This document shows positions 30,442 to 39,541 of a stretch of DNA of 64,000 nt, one piece after another. The stretch lies in contig CAVRVY010000003.1 in NCBI GenBank assembly GCA_963724765.1, positions 768,001 to 832,000 of the forward strand. The letters run 5' to 3'. Position numbers and translations under genes: made by a program. The DNA comes from an uncultured delta proteobacterium (GTDB lineage: Bacteria; Desulfobacterota; Binatia; Binatales; Binataceae). Under the pieces are notes generated by a model. It saw only the letters and a list, made by a program, of their open reading frames with translations, ran no database searches and had not been told where the DNA came from. Each line of letters starts with the position of its first letter. Position 1 is the stretch's first letter.

Positions 30442-31053
30442 TTACGACTTCGGCTCGGGAGGCGGGGGAAAGCACGGCAGCTGATGAATCAGCGCATAAC
30501 GGAAGGTGCGCTCGTTCCAGATGAAGGTCCCCGTTGAGGAGCCGAAACCGATGGCGAGGGCGTTAAGCTGATCCTGTTCGGTCACGTCGCGCGCCTCGGC
30601 CGCCGCGTAGGCGACGTAAGTGATCGAGTTGGCGGTGAGCTCGCTCTTAAGCGGAGGCTGAAAATGCATCCTGGTGAAGTTGCTCGCCAGTTTCCATCCG
30701 CCGTCCTTCGCATCCTGGTTTGGCATTGCGGCCCATTGAGGGTCGAGGTCGGTGCCCACGAGACTCAACTCGCGATAACGGGTGATGCCGGTCGCATCGG
30801 TCCTGAGCTCGACCAACATCGGGATCTCTTCAGACAACTCGTCGCAGACGTCGCTGTCCTGCGGAGGCATGTTCTTGTCCTGATGCGATTGATGCGCGGC
30901 TGCCATGCCGCCTGCGGCCAAATTGGCCACACCTCCACCGATCGCCTCGGCCGCCGATATGGCCACCGGCGCCAGTTGCATCGCGGCCATCCAGCATCCG
31001 CTGGCGACGACCACGAGCGCGAGCGCTCCGCATGCCAGCGCGGCTCGTTTCAA
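30442..31053 (-). CDS. Hypothetical lipoprotein
   Basis: LKRAALACGALALVVVASGC lipobox; TTG start inferred. Confidence 0.65.
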   Translation of the reverse strand: MKRAALACGALALVVVASGCWMAAMQLAPVAISAAEAIGGGVANLAAGGMAAAHQSHQDKNMPPQDSDVCDELSEEIPMLVELRTDATGITRYRELSLVGTDLDPQWAAMPNQDAKDGGWKLASNFTRMHFQPPLKSELTANSITYVAYAAAEARDVTEQDQLNALAIGFGSSTGTFIWNERTFRYALIHQLPCFPPPPEPKS

Positions 31054-31376
31054 CGTTAAGTGAAGCGACACGCGATTGATGTGAAGCCTGTCTCTCGATC
31101 GCGCCGCAGCCCCCTTGCCGGCGCGAGACTTAAGCTCCCCCCTCCGTCGGCACTGTAGCATTAAGTGAGGCACAAGTCGGGAGGGTCATCGGGGGGTGTT
31201 TTCGCGCGAGCCACGGATGGTCGGTTGGGGGCGGCAGGCGCCTGCGCTCGTTAATATCACCCCAAAAAGGTTGGTGCTAGTAACGTGACTCGGATTCCAC
31301 GTCCCCCGTTCAAAATTCAGCGGCGCCGGCCAGAATGAAGCCGGCGCCGCCGTCAGGCGCAGTAGCGGCGAAGCCG

Positions 31377-32231
31377 CTACATTTTCATTCCCTTCATCGA
31401 ACCGAAGAAGAGATAGAAATTCGACGGAACGTCTTCGAGCGCGCCGCCGTCTTTCTGAGCTTTTCTGAGCTTTACCACGCTGGTGATCCCGCTTTGGCCG
31501 TCGGCCGTCGGAAAATCAGCGGGATCGGTGACCAGCACGGTGATGACTTGCCACCACTGCGGCGCTTTCTGGAAGAGATCCTGCCAGATCACGTGGCTAT
31601 GATTCGGCGTCGGCACGAAAATGTTCTGCTTAGGCGTGGCCGGAACTTTTCCCAGCGCAACGAGGGCCGGGAATAGATCAAGCGTGGAAGCGTGCATCGT
31701 GCAGGTACCCGGCGGCGAGCCCGGATCCGGACACTGGACGGGCACAGACGGAGTCTGCTTGAAACCCTCGGGCACGATACCAAAGAGGCTAATTAAGGTG
31801 TCGCCGAGCGCCTTGCCGCAGAGCAGGCCCGGCCGCGCGTTGGCTGGACACGCGATGGCGTCGGTGTCGGTGGTATCGGTTCCAAAGAACGGCACCAGGA
31901 CCCAAAGCTTATCGGTAGTTTGAACTGAGGCGCCGGTCGGATCGTGTTTCGGCTCTGTACCGACCTGGCATATCGGGGTTTGGAATTCCGCCGGATCCGA
32001 CTCGGCAAGTATCCCGTTGAAATTCAGGTCATCGGTTGGCTCGTCGACGCAATCGAAGTTCTCGGTGTAGGTGAACACGAGCGGCGTGTTGGCGCCAAAA
32101 GCGGCAGTCTGGTTCGGCGCGAGGGTTTTCGTGGGCGTATCCTGCGGCGTTTCCTGCGCGAGTCCGGTCCCTGCAATAAGGGCGAAGGCAAGGCCGACTC
32201 CTGACATCAACCGAAGCATCGACGTTTTCAT
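31377..32231 (-). CDS. Secreted Cys-containing hypothetical protein
   Basis: GGAGGAG RBS, signal peptide ending GLAQ, six Cys, PNHSH. Confidence 0.8.
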   Translation of the reverse strand: MKTSMLRLMSGVGLAFALIAGTGLAQETPQDTPTKTLAPNQTAAFGANTPLVFTYTENFDCVDEPTDDLNFNGILAESDPAEFQTPICQVGTEPKHDPTGASVQTTDKLWVLVPFFGTDTTDTDAIACPANARPGLLCGKALGDTLISLFGIVPEGFKQTPSVPVQCPDPGSPPGTCTMHASTLDLFPALVALGKVPATPKQNIFVPTPNHSHVIWQDLFQKAPQWWQVITVLVTDPADFPTADGQSGITSVVKLRKAQKDGGALEDVPSNFYLFFGSMKGMKM

Positions 32232-32385
32232 GAGGCTCCTCCAGTAAGGTTGCAAATGCCCAAGGACAAAAATGAACAGACGCTTGGAGATACGGACGGC
32301 CTCACGCATCGGATTTGACAAAACAGCGCTTCACCGCTTGGCGAGAAAAAAGCACGGTCGTGAGGATCGGGTCAGCTCTAATCGA

Positions 32386-33237
32386 TCAGTTTTGAGCGAT
32401 CAGCACGGGAGAAGCTCCGGCCGCCGGCGCGCCGAAGCAGTAGCGCGACGCCAGGTCGAACCATCCCAGACCCGGGAGACGCGCGATCATGGAATCATGC
32501 TCGGCGAGACGGCGCGGCCCCTGCTCGTCGCCGAACAGGTAGCCGCAGATACGCCGCGCGTCGGCGTCGCCGCGCACCGGGCTTCCGACCGGAGTCCAGA
32601 AATTGCGCACGATGAGCGAGGTCAGGTTCCGGGCGGCGCGTGGCCGCAGGCGCAGGCGCGCCTGGTTGAAGTAGAACGAGAAATGGCGGCGCTCGTCCTT
32701 GATGATACGCGAGAGCATGGCCGTGAGCAGCGGATGCCTGGTTCTGTCGATCAGCGCATGGTAGCCGGTCAGCGTTGAGAGTTCGTTGATCGCGCCCCAG
32801 GTCATGTGGACCGCGGGAAAGTGGCGGGTCATGCGGGAGAGCAGGCGGGCGAATTTTTGCGCCAGGTAGTCAGCCGGCCTGGCGCGCCGCAATGCGGCGA
32901 AACGGCGATCGTCGATCGCTATGCCCTGGTTTTCGAGCAGGCGTTTGAGCACCTGCGAGTGGAAAAATTCCTCGTACGCCCAACACGACAGGAAGGCGGT
33001 GATCGACGGGTCCTGAGCGACCGCGGTGGAAAGCATTTCGCGCAGGTAGATGATGGTGTGCGACTCGATGTCCATCATGTAGCCGACGCAAAAGAGCGCG
33101 TCGTCATCCAGGCGCGGACCCGGATCGGACCAGTCGAAAGTTTCCGGGCGCGTGCCCCCGGCGGTTCGCAGATATTTTTCGAGATCGAAACTATGGCGGT
33201 AGTGCCCGCCGGTATCCGGATGATGAGTTGCGTTCAC
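32386..33237 (-). CDS. Ferritin-like di-iron protein (acyl-ACP desaturase-like fold)
   Basis: DIE, EEFFH, NE, DERRH carboxylate/His ligands. Confidence 0.8.
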   Translation of the reverse strand: MNATHHPDTGGHYRHSFDLEKYLRTAGGTRPETFDWSDPGPRLDDDALFCVGYMMDIESHTIIYLREMLSTAVAQDPSITAFLSCWAYEEFFHSQVLKRLLENQGIAIDDRRFAALRRARPADYLAQKFARLLSRMTRHFPAVHMTWGAINELSTLTGYHALIDRTRHPLLTAMLSRIIKDERRHFSFYFNQARLRLRPRAARNLTSLIVRNFWTPVGSPVRGDADARRICGYLFGDEQGPRRLAEHDSMIARLPGLGWFDLASRYCFGAPAAGASPVLIAQN

Positions 33238-33279
33238 ATCTTCAGATACGAGCGGCGCGGCCCCGCGGATTTGGCCGCA

Positions 33280-34176
33280 CTAGGCGGGTCCAGGCGCGCC
33301 CTTGAGGTACATCGCGCCGGTCGGCTTGCTCACGCCGCCCGCTGGTTCCAGCGTCACCGCGCTCAGCAACACGTGCTCGCCCGCGGGCGGCAGCGCGACT
33401 GGTGCGATCACCGGACGGCCGTTTTCGGCCTGGAACAGTCCGGCCGCGACCGGCCCGTGCTCCCTGGTGATCCACCATAATTCGTAGGTCTTGCCCGGCG
33501 GTGTGGCGGGCAGGCCGGCGGCCTGGAACACGGCGGCCTTGTTGGTGGCGCTGACCGCGACGATCGCGCCGGCTCCGGGAGCGGGCGCCAGCGGTTCGAG
33601 GCGGGTTAGCCGCAGGTCAGGCGCACTCAGCACTTTCTCGAATCGGATGCGTTCGCCGAGAACTCGTTGGAGCGTGCCGACCACGCCGCGTGCCCTGGTG
33701 AGTTCGGCGCGCAGGCCGCTGACCCGGGAATTCATCGCCGCAATCTGTTGCTGGTTTTCCTCGTTGGCGCGGCGGAGCTGATCGCTTACCTGACCGGCGT
33801 AAATCGCAGCCCCGACAATTCCGGCGGCCATCACGGCGGTTGCGGCGCGCCATACGCCCACGCGCCCCCGAGCGGGACGGCGCGCGCTGTCGGTCTCTTT
33901 CGCGGCGGGCCGGGCCGGCTCGGCCGCGCCCCGATGCAGCCGCGCATCGAGGCGCTGCCAGATGCGCTCTTCCACGCCTTCCCGGGCGCCTTCTTCCGAG
34001 CCTTCCTGGCCGAGAGTAAGCGCGAGCGACGCCGCGATCTCGCGCAACTCGCGCAGTTGGGGTTCGCACTCCTCGCAGCCGGCGCCCAGATGCTCCTGGA
34101 GCGCGCGCGCCTCGTCACGTTCCAGCCGGTCGAGCGCGGCGAGCGGGAGCAGGTCTTTGATTGCCTGATGGTCCAT
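33280..34176 (-). CDS. Anti-sigma factor, RskA family
   Basis: HLGAGCEEC zinc-binding motif, TM helix, YELW, AVTLEPAGGVSKPTG. Confidence 0.9.
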   Translation of the reverse strand: MDHQAIKDLLPLAALDRLERDEARALQEHLGAGCEECEPQLRELREIAASLALTLGQEGSEEGAREGVEERIWQRLDARLHRGAAEPARPAAKETDSARRPARGRVGVWRAATAVMAAGIVGAAIYAGQVSDQLRRANEENQQQIAAMNSRVSGLRAELTRARGVVGTLQRVLGERIRFEKVLSAPDLRLTRLEPLAPAPGAGAIVAVSATNKAAVFQAAGLPATPPGKTYELWWITREHGPVAAGLFQAENGRPVIAPVALPPAGEHVLLSAVTLEPAGGVSKPTGAMYLKGAPGPA

Positions 34177-34187
34177 ACTACTCGTGG

Positions 34188-34748
34188 CTACTCGTGCCGC
34201 GCTGAAAGCGCGTCGCGCAGTTTCATCATTGCACTGCGCATCCTGGTCTTCACCGTCCCCAGGGGAATTCCCAGCTTTTCGGCCACCTCCGATTGCGACA
34301 AGTCGGAAAAATAAGCCAGTTGCAGTGCCGCGCGCTCGTTGAAATCGAGTCCGGCGAGCGCGGTGCGAACGATGCGCGCGCGCTGGGCCTGATGGATATC
34401 CAGGGCGGGATCGGGGGCCGGCTCCGACGCGGGCTGCTCCCCGGGCGGCGGTTTGCGCGCGCGGTTGGCTCTTAAGCGATCGATGGCGCGGCTGCGCGCG
34501 AGCGTGACCAGCCAGACCGATACCGAGCCGCGCGCCCCATCAAATGTTTTGGCGTCGCGCCAGGCCTGCCATAGAACATCGGCGACCACCTCTTCGGCAT
34601 CGGACTCATTGCTCAGAAAACGTCGGGCAAGGGCGGCCAACATCCTGCCATAGCGCGCGTTCAGACTACGCAGTGCCTCCGAATCGCCCGCCGCCATCGC
34701 GGCGACAAGGTCGCGATCCGCAGGCATAGCCTGTCTTGCGTCGGCCAC
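34188..34748 (-). CDS. ECF RNA polymerase sigma factor (SigK-like)
   Basis: DAEEVV, WLVTLARSRAIDRLR, LAYF, PLGTVKTRMR. Confidence 0.93.
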   Translation of the reverse strand: MADARQAMPADRDLVAAMAAGDSEALRSLNARYGRMLAALARRFLSNESDAEEVVADVLWQAWRDAKTFDGARGSVSVWLVTLARSRAIDRLRANRARKPPPGEQPASEPAPDPALDIHQAQRARIVRTALAGLDFNERAALQLAYFSDLSQSEVAEKLGIPLGTVKTRMRSAMMKLRDALSARHE

Positions 34749-35021
34749 TTCACCCTCTGGAGATACGCGGCAAACAGCTAGCTAGATTGCGTGCTAAACT
34801 TAATGAGCTTGGCCCATCGTATCAACAAGCGGCGTTTTTAACCGGGAGATCGGGTCCTTGCGCTTTTTTGTTCGATCACAATGATGAAACTGACCGCTTC
34901 GTCGGCGGACTGGAGCGTCGCTGACAAAGGAACTTTTCAAAATACTTGCCAACATTTGCTAATCCTTGCGCTGCGGGACGGATTTGTCTTAAGGCTTTCC
35001 TGCACGCAGGGAAGATATACG

Positions 35022-36239
35022 ATGACTGATAAGACAACGAAACCGGCCGGGCCGCTCACTGGAATCCGTGTTCTCGACGCCGCCACCTTTCTTGCCGGCC
35101 CATTCTGCGCGACCACGATGGCGGAATTCGGCGCCGAAGTGATCAAGATCGAGCATCCGACTCTCGGCGATCCGCTACGCAAACTCGGTACGCCTGTCGA
35201 GGGCGGCGAAACACTGTGGTGGCTAAACGACGCGCGCAACAAAAAAGCGATCACGCTCGATTTCGCGAAAGCTGAGGGCGCCGAACTTTTCAAAAAGCTG
35301 GTCAAGCGGGCCGACGTGGTGATCGAGAATTTTAGACCCGGAACCATGGAGAAGTGGGGCCTCGGTTACGAGCAATTGCGGGCCGTTAATCCGGCCATCG
35401 TAATGGTACGAGTGACCGCCTTCGGACAGGACGGCCCATACAAGGACCGGCCCGGTTTTGCACGCATTGCGCACGCCTTCAGCGGCCTCGCCCATCTGGT
35501 GGGCGAACGGGGCGGTAAGCCGCTGGTGCCTGGGTCGATGGGTCTTGCCGATTATCTGTCGGGCGTCTATGCACTGGTGGGAACGCTGCTCGCGCTGCGT
35601 TATCGCGATCGCACGGGCGAAGGACAGTTCGTCGACGTGGCCCTGTACGAGACGATTTTCCGGTTTTTCGACGAGATGGTCCCCGTCTACGCGCGCTTCG
35701 GTGAGGTGCGCGAAGCGATGGGGGCTGAGTCACCGACCATCGTGCCGCACAGCCATTATCGGTGTGCCGACGGATCATGGGCCGCGATCGCGTGCTCAAG
35801 CGACAAGATGTTTGAGCGGCTGGCGGTTGCGATGGCGCGGCCGGAGCTGGTGCGCGATCCTGAATCATCGACGATGCAAGCGAGAGTTAAAAACCGGGAG
35901 AAAATCGACGCAATCGTGTCCGAATGGACCGGCCGTCACAGCCGCGACGAACTCGTGAAAATTTGCCTCGCGGGCGAGATTCCCTGCGGACCGGTCAACA
36001 ATATCGCGGACATATTTGCGGACCCGCATTTCCAGGCCCGCAACAACCTGCGCCAAATCGAGGACCCCGACGCCGGCGAAGTCGTGGTGCCCGGCGTGGT
36101 GCCGCGCCTCTCGCTTACACCGGGAAGAATTGAACATCTGGGACCGCATAAGGGCGCCGACACCGAGCGGGTGCTGAGCGAATGGCTCGGACTGAACGGG
36201 GAACAGATCGCCGAACTGCGGGCGCGGGAGGTAATCTAG
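35022..36239 (+). CDS. CoA-transferase family III
   Basis: GPLTGIRVLD, ARNKK, ENFRPG, LADYLSG. Confidence 0.92.
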   Translation: MTDKTTKPAGPLTGIRVLDAATFLAGPFCATTMAEFGAEVIKIEHPTLGDPLRKLGTPVEGGETLWWLNDARNKKAITLDFAKAEGAELFKKLVKRADVVIENFRPGTMEKWGLGYEQLRAVNPAIVMVRVTAFGQDGPYKDRPGFARIAHAFSGLAHLVGERGGKPLVPGSMGLADYLSGVYALVGTLLALRYRDRTGEGQFVDVALYETIFRFFDEMVPVYARFGEVREAMGAESPTIVPHSHYRCADGSWAAIACSSDKMFERLAVAMARPELVRDPESSTMQARVKNREKIDAIVSEWTGRHSRDELVKICLAGEIPCGPVNNIADIFADPHFQARNNLRQIEDPDAGEVVVPGVVPRLSLTPGRIEHLGPHKGADTERVLSEWLGLNGEQIAELRAREVI

Positions 36240-36246
36240 GCAAGCG

Positions 36247-37620
36247 ATGTCCCAGACCGCCAGGCAAATGGCTCTGATCGGGTTTCTGCAGGCGCAGAAC
36301 TGTTCCAACTACCCCGCCTCCTGGCGCCATCCTGCGACTGCGCCCGATTTTCTTACTCCCGAGTATTACCAGCGAATCGCGCGCACGCTGGAGGCCGGCA
36401 AGTTCGACCTCGCATTTTTCGACGATCGTTTGGCCATGCCTGACCGCTACGGCGACCATTACGCGGAGGCGGTGCGCAATGGGATCCGGGTGGTCAAAAT
36501 GGATTTGATCCCGATCCTGATGGCGATGGGGCTGGCGACCAGCAGGCTCGGTCTGGGCGCCACCTACTCAACCACCTACTTCGAGCCTTTTCACGTCGCC
36601 CGGGTCTTCGCCACGCTCGACGTGATGCTGGGCGGCCGGGTTGCGTGGAACGTGGTCACCTCGCTCAATGATTCCGAAGCCGCCAACTTCGGCAAAGACG
36701 CGGTACTGCCGCATGACCTGCGATATGACCGGGCCGACGAATTCATGCAGGTCGTCCTCGGTCATTGGGATACATGGGAAGACGACGCGATTGTGATGGA
36801 TCGTGAGCGGGGCATTTTCGCCGACGCCTCCAAGATCCATCCCCTGCATCATAAGGGAGAATACTTCAGTTCGCGGGGACCGTTCACAGTCCCGCGCTCG
36901 CCGCAGGGTCATCCGGTTCTGATTCAGGCCGGCCAGAGCGGACGAGGACTCGATTTTGCCGCGCGATGGGGCGAACTGGTGTTTGTTATCTACCAGAATC
37001 TCGACATCGCGAAATCGGCGACTGCGAAATTCAAGGAGCGGGTGGCGGCGGTAGGCCGCAATCCCGAACAGGTGAAAGTCGCTCCCGCCGTTTACGCCGT
37101 GGTTGGCGAGACTCACACGATGGCCGAGGAAAAGATGGCGTTCATCGAGCAGTTGGCGAAGCCGATCGATTCTCTGGCACTGCTCTCAGAAGTGTTGAAT
37201 TTCGACTTCGCCCGCAAGGGAATGGATGAACCGTTCAACGCCGACGAACTTGCCTCGATAAGCGGTTTACAGATGTTCCGCGACCGGGTGATTCAGCTAA
37301 GCGGCAAGCCCAATCCGACGGTTCGCGATTTCGTCCGCTACAGCAATCGAGGCACTATCAGGGAATTCGGAGTTTTCTCCGGCACGCCCGCTGAGGTCGC
37401 TGATCAGATGGAAGAGTGGTTCACCTCCGGCGCGTGTGACGGTTTCGTCCTGTCTGCGACCCATATGCCCGGCGCTTACGAGGATTTCGTGCGCCTGGTG
37501 GTCCCCGAACTTCGGCGCCGAGGTATGGTGCGCAAGGAGTATGAGGGGACAACACTACGCGAAAACCTGCATCTGCCGCTGCCGGCGCGCGGGGCCTGGC
37601 GCAAAACAGGATTGAATTAA
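36247..37620 (+). CDS. LLM-class FMN-dependent monooxygenase (NtaA/SnaA/DszA family)
   Basis: WRHP, EAGKFDLAFFDD, GRVAWNVVTS, PQGHPVLIQAGQS, TLRENL. Confidence 0.92.
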   Translation: MSQTARQMALIGFLQAQNCSNYPASWRHPATAPDFLTPEYYQRIARTLEAGKFDLAFFDDRLAMPDRYGDHYAEAVRNGIRVVKMDLIPILMAMGLATSRLGLGATYSTTYFEPFHVARVFATLDVMLGGRVAWNVVTSLNDSEAANFGKDAVLPHDLRYDRADEFMQVVLGHWDTWEDDAIVMDRERGIFADASKIHPLHHKGEYFSSRGPFTVPRSPQGHPVLIQAGQSGRGLDFAARWGELVFVIYQNLDIAKSATAKFKERVAAVGRNPEQVKVAPAVYAVVGETHTMAEEKMAFIEQLAKPIDSLALLSEVLNFDFARKGMDEPFNADELASISGLQMFRDRVIQLSGKPNPTVRDFVRYSNRGTIREFGVFSGTPAEVADQMEEWFTSGACDGFVLSATHMPGAYEDFVRLVVPELRRRGMVRKEYEGTTLRENLHLPLPARGAWRKTGLN

Positions 37621-37745
37621 ACGGGACGCAAAATCGCCCGTCGGTCGGGATCTCCCGCGCTCCTCCGTAGACCATACTCCGTGCTGGAGCGGCTGCCTCG
37701 AAGCTGGGCTTCCTCCTCACGCGCCGCATATGGATTCTTGATTAC

Positions 37746-39479
37746 GTGGCGGCCAACATGTCTTATAACCCGGTGCCGCATGACGGACATGATAATCGCC
37801 CTTTGCGCTCGCGCCCGCTTCTGCTGACGGTCGTCGCAGGGCTGGCGCTGTGCCTGGCCGGGGCCTGTGCGTTCGTGGCGAAAACCGTCAGCACCGGCGG
37901 AGAGCGTCCGATTAATCACCCGGTCGTCACCACGGCAAAGGCTCCGCCTGCCGAGGGCTCGCGGGTGATCGTCTTCTGTCTGGACGGCGCCGGCTACCCG
38001 CAGTTGATGGAAGCGATTCGATCGGGCAAGGCCCCGCATATCGCGGCGCTGCTTGGCAAGGAACAGGGCAACGGAGTGTTCGAGCACGGATATTCCGCGC
38101 CAGGCGTGCTGAGCGTGCTGCCGTCGAGCACGGTTGCCGATTGGTCCGCGACCTTCACCGGCAAGCCGCCAGCGCAAAACGGCGTGCCAGGCGACGAATG
38201 GTTCGACCGCGAGCACCTGCGCTTCTATGCCCCGGTGCCCATCACCGTCACCGATACGGCCGATTTTTCGGCGATGCTCGACAATGACCTGGTCGGCAAG
38301 CAGCTCAAAGTTCCGACGCTGTATGAGCAGCTCAAACGCCGCTCCTACGTCTCGATGCTGATGGTCTACCGGGGGTCGACGCTTTTCACCACGGTGCCGC
38401 CCACGACCTTCGCCGGCATTGTTGGCGGCCTGGTCGAAGGCAAGCTCAGCGGAGAGACCTCGCTCGAGGCCATCAGTAAGTCGCTCGACCTGGCCTCGAC
38501 CATCAAGCTCATCCAGGCCATCAACGAGCACGGGCTGCCGCGGCTGCAGGTGGTTTACTTTCCCGGGATCGATCTGTTTACGCACGCCTCGCCCGATCCG
38601 CTGCACGCGCAGGTCGGCTATCTCGAGAACAATATCGACCGCGCCGTGGGCCAGGTGCTCGACGTGTACCGCAAGCTGGGCGCGCTATCGAACACGTACG
38701 TGATTTTCATTGCGGACCACGGTCACACGCCGACCATGAATGACAATAAGCATCGGCTTGGTCCGGATGACAAAGGATCGCCGTTTGCGATTCTCAAGGC
38801 GGCCGGGTTTCGCGTCCGGAAGGCGACGCTCAACGTGAGCAAGCGCGAAGAGGACTTCCAGGCCGTGATCGCCTCGCAGGGCTTCATGGCCTACGTCTAT
38901 CTCGCCGACCGTTCGACCTGTCGGGCGAGCGGGCAGGCTTGCGACTGGAGCCGGCCGCCGCGTTTTCACCAGGACGTGATGAGAGCGGTCCGCGCGCTGT
39001 ACAAGGAGAATCAGAGCGGGCGGCCGATTCCGCAGGGGAAGGGAACTGTCGATCTCATCTTTGCCCGCCGGCCGTCCGGGCAAGACGAGGAGGGGGGGCC
39101 ATTCAAAGTGTTCGACGGCAGAGAGCTTGTTTCGATACATCGCTACCTGGAGAGAAATCCTCGACCGGACCTGGCCGACCTCGAGGAACGCATGAAATGG
39201 CTCGGCGACGGCCCCTATGGCGGCCGGGCGGGAGATATAGTGATACTTCCCAAGGCCAGCTCAACTATCCCGATCCAGGACAGGTACTATTTCGCGGTGA
39301 CGACGCATTACTCATGGCATGGCAGCCCGGATATGTCGGATAGCAATGTTCCGCTCATTCTGGCTCTCGACGGCGGCTCAGGCACGGTCATGCAGGATAT
39401 AGTCGAGAACTCGCGCCACGGGCGTACGCCCTCCCAGATGGATCTCACGCCGCTGGTGCTCACCCTGATTGGCCGCTGA
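37746..39479 (+). CDS. Alkaline phosphatase superfamily (nucleotide pyrophosphatase/phosphodiesterase-like), exported
   Basis: LDGAG, PSST...TG, DLFTH, ADHGH, WHGS. Confidence 0.85.
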   Translation: MAANMSYNPVPHDGHDNRPLRSRPLLLTVVAGLALCLAGACAFVAKTVSTGGERPINHPVVTTAKAPPAEGSRVIVFCLDGAGYPQLMEAIRSGKAPHIAALLGKEQGNGVFEHGYSAPGVLSVLPSSTVADWSATFTGKPPAQNGVPGDEWFDREHLRFYAPVPITVTDTADFSAMLDNDLVGKQLKVPTLYEQLKRRSYVSMLMVYRGSTLFTTVPPTTFAGIVGGLVEGKLSGETSLEAISKSLDLASTIKLIQAINEHGLPRLQVVYFPGIDLFTHASPDPLHAQVGYLENNIDRAVGQVLDVYRKLGALSNTYVIFIADHGHTPTMNDNKHRLGPDDKGSPFAILKAAGFRVRKATLNVSKREEDFQAVIASQGFMAYVYLADRSTCRASGQACDWSRPPRFHQDVMRAVRALYKENQSGRPIPQGKGTVDLIFARRPSGQDEEGGPFKVFDGRELVSIHRYLERNPRPDLADLEERMKWLGDGPYGGRAGDIVILPKASSTIPIQDRYYFAVTTHYSWHGSPDMSDSNVPLILALDGGSGTVMQDIVENSRHGRTPSQMDLTPLVLTLIGR

Positions 39480-39541
39480 GCGTGCGTGCAGTCACTTCTA
39501 AGTAAATTGCCGGGTAGCAACGTTTTTCGCTGATGATCGCG

